IMG/VR virus record: IMGVR_UViG_3300037155_000029 | Span: 1 to 51,789 of that record | Strand: one strand, 5' to 3' | Source: a virus | Lineage: Duplodnaviria; Caudoviricetes | DNA: 51,789 nt | Part shown: positions 28,734-35,770 of the stretch, piece after piece | How positions within the stretch are numbered: position 1 is the stretch's first letter | Layout: the number at the start of each line of letters is the position of its first letter | Program-made: the position numbers and the translations under genes | The notes under the pieces: generated by a model | The model's database searches: none | Seen by the model: the letters and a program-made list of their open reading frames with translations, nothing else | Told to the model about the DNA's origin: nothing

Positions 28734-29159
28734 TGCGTTATTGTTTCAAAATCTCTTTTTTTAGAGACCATGGAAGCAATTGAAAAACAGTATAAGCACG
28801 ACCAGAAATGTAATACTGCTTTTAAAACATTATTACCAAATGATTACACGAGCGGATATGATAATCACTGGGTAAATAATGAGCTTATTAAATATCTGCA
28901 AAAGGCAATGAATGATGAACATGCCGAAAGTTGGATTGAGTATTTTTTATGGGAGCTTGATTTTGGTAAAAAATACAGACCTGGAAGTGTAATTAGAAAA
29001 GATAAAACACATATTGATTTATCTAATGCTGGTAAACTTTACGATTATTTAATTGAGGAAAATAAATCAAAATGCTTACATCCATTAAGTGAATTAAGGT
29101 TTTGGAATGATTCAACAGTTGAATGTTTGATATGCGGTCATCGGGGGCTGACTTTTTAA
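28668..29159 (+). CDS. Cassette-borne hypothetical protein
   Basis: 163 aa; ends GTTAGGGTGCGTTA/TAATGCACCCTAAC. Confidence 0.7.
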   Translation: MAKKEKLTKPTATAIAVEPVLGCVIVSKSLFLETMEAIEKQYKHDQKCNTAFKTLLPNDYTSGYDNHWVNNELIKYLQKAMNDEHAESWIEYFLWELDFGKKYRPGSVIRKDKTHIDLSNAGKLYDYLIEENKSKCLHPLSELRFWNDSTVECLICGHRGLTF

Positions 29160-29163
29160 TGCA

Positions 29164-29257
29164 CCCTAACGAATTGGGCTATGTGCAGTTGCCCGTGTAC
29201 AAATTTTAAATATTGCACTAAACTTATCGGGCAATTGCATATTAGCCCGTGTTATAA
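29164..29257 (-). other. attC-like site B
   Basis: Stem GGGCTATGTGCAGTTGCCCG/CGGGCAATTGCATATTAGCCC between TAAC 29167 and GTTA 29251. Confidence 0.75.
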
Positions 29258-29268
29258 ACAGTAATTTT

Positions 29269-29514
29269 ATGGAAAAGATTTGTAACCAGCATTTTATAAA
29301 AGATACGCATAGGGATAAAAAATATACATCAACCCTTAAATGCTCGTGCTGTGGAGAAGAAAGTCATTTGACTCAGCCAGCTCCATTTTTGAAAGATTTT
29401 GTAAGATGGTTAAATGATTTTACAAAACTTCACAAAAATAAAGGATGTAATAAACATAAAATAGAGAACCAGGAATGGGCTGCAAAAGAAGTCTCTTTCG
29501 GAGTGGCAATCTGA
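29269..29514 (+). CDS. Cassette-borne hypothetical protein (possible Zn-binding)
   Basis: 81 aa with CSCC and HxxxGC; ends GTTATAAACAGTAAT/ATTATTGTTTATAAC. Confidence 0.65.
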   Translation: MEKICNQHFIKDTHRDKKYTSTLKCSCCGEESHLTQPAPFLKDFVRWLNDFTKLHKNKGCNKHKIENQEWAAKEVSFGVAI

Positions 29515-29521
29515 TTATTGT

Positions 29522-29654
29522 TTATAACGTTTGAGGCTAACCGCATGTAGCGGAAATTGAAACACTTAACAATCAAAATACAACAAATATGACAACGAAG
29601 ACGAAAGCAACAAGACCCACTAAACCCGCTATTGCGGTTGAGCCTGTGTTAGCA
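29522..29654 (-). other. attC-like site C (near copy of A)
   Basis: Same stem arms as A; ATG 29589 lies in the loop. Confidence 0.75.
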
Positions 29655-29903
29655 CCTGTTTTTAAATTTGGTGATTATTGCACAATTGAACAACATAGGT
29701 ACGGGTCAAATAATGAGCATTACCATCATAAGGTAATTGGAACGCTAAAATCAACAGCGTGGGTTGAAGTTCCTGTAATGTATAATCCACAAGAAAATAA
29801 CCATGATGAACTTGTTGATGTGGTTGCTTGCGTTTGCGAGGGGGTTGATGAACGGCATATATTTAGGTACAGAGCTATTGATTGCAAGCCGCTGTTTAAA
29901 TAG
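29589..29903 (+). CDS. Cassette-borne hypothetical protein
   Basis: 104 aa; ends GTTAGCACCTGTTT/AAATAGGTGCTAAC. Confidence 0.65.
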   Translation: MTTKTKATRPTKPAIAVEPVLAPVFKFGDYCTIEQHRYGSNNEHYHHKVIGTLKSTAWVEVPVMYNPQENNHDELVDVVACVCEGVDERHIFRYRAIDCKPLFK

Positions 29904-29904
29904 G

Positions 29905-30050
29905 TGCTAACGTTCGGCGGCTATCTGCCTGTTAAGGCGGGAGACGTGAGGCACGAACGGATCGATAGCCTTAATGGCAGATAATCGTTGTTCTGTGCAG
30001 TTACTTCGCGACGCGGAAATGTTTATAGGAGAGGCCGCCGAGCGTTCAGG
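29905..30050 (-). other. attC-like site D (two alternative GTT ends)
   Basis: Inner stem TATCTGCCTGTTAAGGC/GCCTTAATGGCAGATA; outer stem AACGTTCGGCGGC/GCCGCCGAGCGTT; GTT at 29990 and 30044. Confidence 0.65.
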
Positions 30051-30085
30051 TTCAATTAAAGTTTTGGGAATTTAAAATTTGAAAT

Positions 30086-30265
30086 ATGAGAACAGTTATT
30101 AGAATCACCTTTAAGGATGGACATCAGTTAATCGCTGATATTGACAAATTTGAAATGCTAACGGATAGGGAGGTTGTTACTTTATTTTCGGCCATTTATC
30201 CCGGTTGGTCCTCATTTCAAATTTTAAATGAAGAAACTTTAGGAGCGACCAAAGGAGCGACGTAA
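30086..30265 (+). CDS. Cassette-borne 59-aa protein (not in ORF track)
   Basis: MRTVIRITFKDGHQ...GATKGAT*; ends GTTCAGGTTCAATTA/TAATTGAACCTGAAC. Confidence 0.6.
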   Translation: MRTVIRITFKDGHQLIADIDKFEMLTDREVVTLFSAIYPGWSSFQILNEETLGATKGAT

Positions 30266-30310
30266 TTGAACCTGAACTCATAAATACAACCAATAAAATA
30301 ACGGCTTTTT

Positions 30311-30496
30311 ATGAAACAATATACTGAAACATACAGGATTAAGCTCTCAATAATTCAGCGGGAGAAACTGGATAAGTTGAAAACGGAATTTAAGATTTTA
30401 CCCGCGAGGTTTATTCGATTGGCAATTGAAGAGAAGTTAAAAAATGATCTTCCAAAATTAAGGGTCAAGGCGAAAAAACAATCCTGTCCGTTCTAA
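30311..30496 (+). CDS. Ribbon-helix-helix-like regulator
   Basis: 'YRIKLSIIQREKLDKLK...PARFIRLAIEEKL'. Confidence 0.6.
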   Translation: MKQYTETYRIKLSIIQREKLDKLKTEFKILPARFIRLAIEEKLKNDLPKLRVKAKKQSCPF

Positions 30497-30564
30497 ATAT
30501 GTTCTTTAACAGCTTTTGTGAATTATATTGAGCATTAAACTAAATTGCAGAAAATTTGAAAAAT

Positions 30565-30822
30565 ATGAAAAGAGAACCAATAAAAACAGTAAAATTTGAA
30601 AACAAAGGTACGTTCGAGGCATATTATGCGGCCTGTAATTGGTGTAATGAAAATGGCTACAGTTACGGAAGTATGTGTGGAAGCGAGCCTATTGCCCTAT
30701 GGATGGGTGAACGTAGTATTTCAAAATGGAAAAACTTAAGCACGAAAGAAAGGGCTACGTGTGACGGCGTAATGATGGGAGAGTTTAGGGAAGGAGCCGT
30801 AACTATTCTTATTTATAATTAA
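30565..30822 (+). CDS. Hypothetical protein
   Basis: ORF after TGTTCTTTAACA (30500) and a promoter-like TAAATTGC (30541). Confidence 0.6.
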   Translation: MKREPIKTVKFENKGTFEAYYAACNWCNENGYSYGSMCGSEPIALWMGERSISKWKNLSTKERATCDGVMMGEFREGAVTILIYN

Positions 30823-30826
30823 AACT

Positions 30827-31072
30827 ATGACACCATCAAAAAAAATAAGGGACTTTTTCACTCCTGAACGGTTGATTAAATACGATCTAATTAGTATTGA
30901 GTCATTGGCTGGCGTTAAATCTGGAGTAATTGCATTAATTTTAAGAGAAGAACTTCATGATTCATTCACTGACGATTCCGCAAACAATCTTCTTGTTGTG
31001 ACAAATAACATTTTAAAGGATGAAAAAACATCCGATAAGTTAGTAGTTCTTAAATTTGTAACTAAAAAATAA
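30827..31072 (+). CDS. Hypothetical protein
   Basis: 81-aa ORF in operon. Confidence 0.5.
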   Translation: MTPSKKIRDFFTPERLIKYDLISIESLAGVKSGVIALILREELHDSFTDDSANNLLVVTNNILKDEKTSDKLVVLKFVTKK

Positions 31073-31077
31073 ACGCC

Positions 31078-31266
31078 ATGAAAGATTTCACATTGCTTCA
31101 ATCCATTGTTTTTTATTTCCTGATTTTTTGGGGATTTGTTTCTGTTGTTTTGGACCTTTATCTCCGATCCAGAATAAAAACTCAGGAGTCTCACGATTGG
31201 GAACTGAATGAATCCGGCGAATTTGTTGATATTACCGACTATTCGAAATCTGAAGAGTGGCGATGA
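31078..31266 (+). CDS. Small membrane protein
   Basis: N-terminal hydrophobic helix. Confidence 0.5.
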   Translation: MKDFTLLQSIVFYFLIFWGFVSVVLDLYLRSRIKTQESHDWELNESGEFVDITDYSKSEEWR

Positions 31267-31460
31267 ACGCATGGTATTCGTCTCAAAATCGCTTTATTTC
31301 GAAAGTCAAAAAGGACTGGAATAAACGAGGCTTTAAACCGAATTCCGGAAATTACAACATCCTTCGGTTCGCTTACAGAAATATGATTTTTTACGCAAAT
31401 CTTAGAAATGAACGAGTAAGTAAAGTTAACAAAATCAATACACAACCAAAATTATTTTAA
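31263..31460 (+). CDS. Hypothetical basic protein
   Basis: ATGA-coupled to the previous ORF. Confidence 0.45.
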   Translation: MNAWYSSQNRFISKVKKDWNKRGFKPNSGNYNILRFAYRNMIFYANLRNERVSKVNKINTQPKLF

Positions 31461-31461
31461 A

Positions 31462-31734
31462 ATGAAAACAATTAAATTTGAATCAGCAAAGCCCATCGCG
31501 GTATTTTTACTCCTGATTATCTTCGCCTGTTGCTTTTCCTGTGCGGTTCAGGCAGAAACTCGACTTCCAATTTCGACAAGTTGGTTTTCTAATAACAACG
31601 CCAGAACGGCCAAAATGAATGCAGTCTGGGGGCACACTAAGAAACATCACAAACACCGGCATATCGTTAAGGGTGATGGAAAAACGATGAAAGTAAATCG
31701 GGTTTCAACTTGTCCGCTAAGTCGGAAGTATTGA
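31462..31734 (+). CDS. Small secreted/lipoprotein-like basic protein
   Basis: Signal-like 'IAVFLLLIIFACCFSC' followed by a His/Lys-rich tail. Confidence 0.5.
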   Translation: MKTIKFESAKPIAVFLLLIIFACCFSCAVQAETRLPISTSWFSNNNARTAKMNAVWGHTKKHHKHRHIVKGDGKTMKVNRVSTCPLSRKY

Positions 31735-31743
31735 TTTATTTTG

Positions 31744-31751
31744 TATTTTTG
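31744..31751 (+). promoter_or_regulatory. -7 promoter element for the RNA locus
   Basis: TATTTTTG upstream of the tRNA-like element and tmRNA. Confidence 0.55.
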
Positions 31752-31796
31752 CATTGATAAATGGCGCCAATATACCGCTTGTTAATAGTATATCGC

Positions 31797-31855
31797 TGAG
31801 GGGTGACAGAGTGGTAATGTTTAAACAATCGGAGGTTCGAATCCTTCCCCCTTTT
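31797..31855 (+). ncRNA. tRNA-like element lacking an anticodon arm
   Basis: Acceptor GAGGGG/CCCCTT, D arm ACA-GAGTGGTAA-TGT, T arm GGAGG-TTCGAAT-CCTTC, with only 10 nt between D and T arms. Confidence 0.65.
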
Positions 31856-31869
31856 CAATGTTCGTTGAA

Positions 31870-32198
31870 GTTATTAGTAAAATTCGTTTGGACGCGGGTT
31901 CGACTCCCGCCAGCTCCACGCTAATCGCCAATTAGATTAGCCAGATATGCCTCTCATTAAACATATACTGTGAGATATCGGTTAAAAATGATCGAATAAA
32001 GCCATCTGAAATACGACAGGTAATTAACTCGGAGGTATTTATATGATAAAAATATCTGGCTTTATATTTGGGGCTGACCGGTATTGACAGCGAAGAAATA
32101 AGGTAACGGAGAGCATTAAAGCTGTAAAAGGCAAATCTTTAGAAATGAAAATGGCTGCGTAAGACGTGGACTTTTCAGCCGGGGCTTCGGCTCCGGTT
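31870..32198 (+). ncRNA. ssrA: Circularly permuted two-piece tmRNA
   Basis: The 3' module GACGCGGGTTCGACTCCCGCCAGCTCCA (31891-31918) precedes the 5' module GGGGCTGACCGGTATTGAC (from 32070). Acceptor stem has G3-U70. Tag ORF 32130-32162 encodes GKSLEMKMAA*. Confidence 0.88.
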
Positions 32199-32199
32199 T
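32177..32199 (+). terminator. Hairpin ending the tmRNA coding piece
   Basis: AGCCGGGGC-TTCG-GCTCCGGTT followed by a short T run. Confidence 0.65.
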
Positions 32200-32223
32200 A
32201 AATTAAAACTAAAAACAAGAAAC

Positions 32224-32475
32224 ATGAAACAATTAGCAGAAGTACGATCAAATGTTTATTTTGAGAAAAAAATAAACGAACAGAAAAATGAAGTCCTTAA
32301 AAAGCGGTTTGAGTTAGTTTTTGTCACTGATGAAGCTGGCTACATAAGGACAAATGACGGTGAAATTTCGCGGGTCAGAAAACTTAAAGAGCAAAGATTT
32401 ACTGTCTCAGAAGATGGGTTAACTCAATTAATCGCCAATCTTCTTTTGATTCAAGAAAATTCTGAGGAAAAGTAG
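32224..32475 (+). CDS. Hypothetical protein
   Basis: 83-aa ORF with A-rich leader. Confidence 0.6.
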   Translation: MKQLAEVRSNVYFEKKINEQKNEVLKKRFELVFVTDEAGYIRTNDGEISRVRKLKEQRFTVSEDGLTQLIANLLLIQENSEEK

Positions 32476-32560
32476 TTTAATTCAAATTAATTTTGTAGCT
32501 TTGTCCCGTTGCCCCGTGAATAGGGGTAATTTTTGAATGAAAAATTTAAACATTTAAAGT

Positions 32561-32713
32561 ATGCCAAAAAAGGAAATACGACAGGATGTGGCAACACAAA
32601 CTGAATACGCTAAACTGGTCGGCAAAACGCCTCAGTGGGTAAATCAGCAAATCAAAGAAGGTAATTTAAACACACTCCACGTAAAGGGTGCAGTTTTGGT
32701 TAAACTTAAATAA
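32561..32713 (+). CDS. Small HTH DNA-binding protein (not in ORF track)
   Basis: MPKKEIRQDVATQTEYAKLVGKTPQWVNQQIKEGNL..., 50 aa; TAGCTTTG at 32496. Confidence 0.65.
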   Translation: MPKKEIRQDVATQTEYAKLVGKTPQWVNQQIKEGNLNTLHVKGAVLVKLK

Positions 32714-32749
32714 GCTCTTTTTTTCATCAAAAATTTACACATTTAAAAT

Positions 32750-33268
32750 ATGACTTACTCAGACAAACTTAAAAGTCCTAAATGGCAAAAGAAAAGGCTT
32801 GAAATTTTAAACCTTCATAAATTCAAGTGTGACGAATGTAAATCAGAAGTGAAAACCCTTCATGTTCACCACCGTTTTTATTTGAAAGGGCGCGAGCCAT
32901 GGGAGTACGACAATGATGTTTTTCAGGTTCTTTGCGAAGATTGCCACGAAAAAACGCACAAAAAAGAAGATATAATAAAAGAGAATATCCCAGATATTTA
33001 TCGTGAAATTTTGTCATTATTAGATGTAGCAAACGATATAAATCCAAACACACCGGAAAATATTAAATTTCTTTTAACTGTTTTTACTGAGCATATAGAC
33101 GATGTTGAATTTTTAGACAATCTATCTTCTGCGTGTAATAGTGGTTATTTAGATAAATTAAGATATGACCTTACTGCAAGGGCAGAAGCGGAATGCGACA
33201 GTATCAGGAGGTGGTCGGCAATTTACGAAATAAAAAAATTTCTTAATATAAATACCGATCCTTTATGA
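32750..33268 (+). CDS. HNH endonuclease-domain protein
   Basis: 'WQKKRLEIL...CDEC...LHVHH...LCEDCH'. Confidence 0.8.
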   Translation: MTYSDKLKSPKWQKKRLEILNLHKFKCDECKSEVKTLHVHHRFYLKGREPWEYDNDVFQVLCEDCHEKTHKKEDIIKENIPDIYREILSLLDVANDINPNTPENIKFLLTVFTEHIDDVEFLDNLSSACNSGYLDKLRYDLTARAEAECDSIRRWSAIYEIKKFLNINTDPL

Positions 33269-33963
33269 AAGATCCGGCTTTTCTCTTCTACTCAGATAAT
33301 TTTATGAGTGGCACAATGTTTTTTTCTGATGAACAAGTGGGTAAATATATTCGTCTGCTTTGTGCTCAGCATTTAACAGGTCATTTACTCGAAAATCATA
33401 TGATATTTATATGTAAAAAATATGATGAAGAAATATTTAAAAAGTTTGTAAAAGACGAGGAGGGAAAATACTATAATATTAGACTTGAAGAGGAAATTAT
33501 TAAGCGATACAACTATTCTAAAAGTCGATCAGAGAATAAATTAGGCAAGACAAAAAAGACTAAAATCATATCAAAATCACATGATAAACATATGGGAAAT
33601 GGAAATGAAGATGAAAATACAGTTGTAAATAATAAAAAAGCATTGAGCGAAAAGTTTGAGATTTTCAGAAAATCATACCCTGGTACAAAGTGCGGTTTTC
33701 AATGTGAACTTGATAAATTTATCAAAAAAAGTCAGAATGGAGATATTGATCTTTTATTACCAGCCCTTGAAAAAGAAAAATCACACAAAGCAAAATTAAG
33801 AGAATTAAATAAATTTTGTCCAGAATGGAAAAATCTATCAACATGGATAAATCAAAAATGTTGGATGCAAGAATTTCCAGAAACAGAAACAAACACTTTG
33901 CTAATTAAAGAGGAAATTACTCAAGAGCAAAAGGACTATTTAGCACGATTTAACCAAAAATAA
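33265..33963 (+). CDS. Replication initiator (DUF1376/YdaU-like N-terminus)
   Basis: 'KDPAFLFYSDNF...GKYIRLLC' and C-terminal 'FEIFRKSYP...STWINQKCW'. Confidence 0.75.
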   Translation: MKDPAFLFYSDNFMSGTMFFSDEQVGKYIRLLCAQHLTGHLLENHMIFICKKYDEEIFKKFVKDEEGKYYNIRLEEEIIKRYNYSKSRSENKLGKTKKTKIISKSHDKHMGNGNEDENTVVNNKKALSEKFEIFRKSYPGTKCGFQCELDKFIKKSQNGDIDLLLPALEKEKSHKAKLRELNKFCPEWKNLSTWINQKCWMQEFPETETNTLLIKEEITQEQKDYLARFNQK

Positions 33964-33965
33964 AA

Positions 33966-34631
33966 ATGAAACACATCTCAAAAATCATCCAACAGGGAAA
34001 CGAAAAAAAGTCGGTCAATTTAGGTAAGATTAAAACCATCGAAAAGGAATTAACTGTTGAAATTAAAAACGCCTTTATGATTTCGGCACGATCCATTTGT
34101 CCTGATTTTATTGTCACAAAAGAATTAATTCAGCCGCTGAATGATATTTGCACCTACTTTTTAGGACTTGAGGGCAATTTAAACCTGAATAAAGGCATTT
34201 ACTTATCTGGTGAGTATGGAGTAGGAAAATCTACCTTAATGAAGTGTTTCAGGCAATGGCTTGCCGACTGGTGGCCGTTTAATGGTAATGGTTTTATGGT
34301 TACTTCGATTGAGGAAATTATTGAGAGTTACAAAAAAGAAAACAACCTCAATAAGTTCACAAATTGCATTAATGAGGATGGTTTTAATAATCCCAGGCAT
34401 TTACTTATTAATGAATTTGGTAAAAAAATCGACGAAAAAATCTACGGTACAGAAGCAAAGCATATCATTAACAATCTTATGATGATTCGGTATGATATTT
34501 TTCAGAATCAGGGAAAATTAACACACATAACAAGTAACTCAATGCCTTACAATGACGATAAAGCGTTGAATGATCGGTATGTTGAAATGTTTAATTTGAT
34601 TATTATTGACGGTAAATCATTTAGAAAATAA
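33966..34631 (+). CDS. DnaC/IstB-like P-loop ATPase (helicase loader)
   Basis: Walker A GEYGVGKS, Walker B variant LLINEFG, 'THITSN', 'DRYVEMFN...GKSFR'. Confidence 0.8.
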   Translation: MKHISKIIQQGNEKKSVNLGKIKTIEKELTVEIKNAFMISARSICPDFIVTKELIQPLNDICTYFLGLEGNLNLNKGIYLSGEYGVGKSTLMKCFRQWLADWWPFNGNGFMVTSIEEIIESYKKENNLNKFTNCINEDGFNNPRHLLINEFGKKIDEKIYGTEAKHIINNLMMIRYDIFQNQGKLTHITSNSMPYNDDKALNDRYVEMFNLIIIDGKSFRK

Positions 34632-34635
34632 TATT

Positions 34636-34860
34636 ATGGACACACTTTTTAAACTTTCTGATCTTCAAAAATTACAGCGTAAAATAATTACCCTAAAATG
34701 TAAGACGTGTGAATTTTGCGAAAGATGGCAATGTGGAGGTTCTTTCTTTTTTTATTGCAAAACGAGAAAAAGTAAATTAACCCATAATGGGTTATTGAAA
34801 ATTAAAGCAAATCAGGAAGCGTGTCCGCTTCATCCAAAATTCAAAAATTCATCCCAATGA
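34636..34860 (+). CDS. Cys-rich hypothetical protein
   Basis: CKTCEFC...C...C pattern. Confidence 0.5.
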   Translation: MDTLFKLSDLQKLQRKIITLKCKTCEFCERWQCGGSFFFYCKTRKSKLTHNGLLKIKANQEACPLHPKFKNSSQ

Positions 34861-35043
34861 GAGCTTTTACGAAGTTGACAAAAAAGAGGGTAGTCCGTTT
34901 TAATTCTTTAAAGCCGCCTTAATTTTTGCGAATCAGAACAAAAAGGCGGATGGTAATTAATAATAATTTGAAACCGTTGTTAATATTTTACCCTTTATTT
35001 GTAATTGTAAGAAATATTTATTTACTTTGTGAAAATTTAAAAT

Positions 35044-35334
35044 ATGAAAATTGGAATTGCCATTAAAAAATTGCGCAAAGAACGAGTACCGCAATTAAGA
35101 CAGTCACAATTAGCCGAGGCTATTGGGATTTCACAAACTTATTTATCACTTATTGAGAAAGGTAAAAAAATACCAAGTGTTGAAATATATGAGAAAATTG
35201 CCGAATATTTCAAAATGCCCCTACCCATACTTTTTTGGTATTGTATCGAGGAGTCCGATATTCCAAAAGAAAAGTGGGAGTATTTTAGACTGCTTAAGCC
35301 GTCAATTGATAAGCTGATTGAAGTTTGTTTTTAA
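35044..35334 (+). CDS. XRE-family HTH regulator
   Basis: 'QSQLAEAIGISQTYLSLIEKGKKIPS'. Confidence 0.9.
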   Translation: MKIGIAIKKLRKERVPQLRQSQLAEAIGISQTYLSLIEKGKKIPSVEIYEKIAEYFKMPLPILFWYCIEESDIPKEKWEYFRLLKPSIDKLIEVCF

Positions 35335-35348
35335 ATATCTTTCAAATA

Positions 35349-35393
35349 ATTGACATTAATACGATCATTGACATTAATACGATCATTGACATT
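35349..35393 (+). repeat. 18-bp tandem repeat (2.5 copies)
   Basis: ATTGACATTAATACGATC twice plus ATTGACATT. Confidence 0.85.
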
Positions 35394-35770
35394 TCACCTT
35401 CAAGAGAAAAGAAGGTCTGCCAGAACTGCAAATATTTCCATAAATGGGGCGTACATCTTGGAAATTGCATTAACCGCAAAAAATATACTGAAAAATTGGA
35501 TGATCAAACTTGTAATAAATTTGAAGCAAAATGAGATACACATATTTTCCGACAACAGAAAAGATCGTCTTTAAAATAAAGATTGATCGTGGAGACGAAA
35601 GGTGGAGACCATCAATTCAAATCAACCATTGGTGGTTTGGAGAGTTTTATTATCACTTAATATTTTTGTGATTCTCAAAACATGTTCTTCAACAGCTTTC
35701 TACCGACCTATTGCTATTATGACGACATTTGTATCAGGTTCTTAAAATCAAACAATTAAATAGAAAAAAC

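Larger units (their letters stand above)
28601..30281 (-). mobile_element. Integron-like cassette array 1 (four cassettes)
   Basis: Each gene is bracketed by its own 14-15-bp GTT.../...AAC inverted ends and separated from the next by an attC-like hairpin. Confidence 0.8.

Noticed and set aside
28601-30050. Inter-gene hairpins as rho-independent terminators
   Set aside because: They lack U tracts, have long loops containing start codons, and do not explain the cassette-specific inverted ends.
31891-31918. tmRNA 3' end as merely an attP fragment
   Set aside because: The matching 5' end, helix-2 pairing, tag ORF and terminal hairpin are all present, and no integrase is adjacent.
32063-32070. 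TATATTTG as a separate promoter for the tmRNA coding piece
   Set aside because: It overlaps G1, so transcription would start inside the acceptor stem; probably coincidental, though not excluded.
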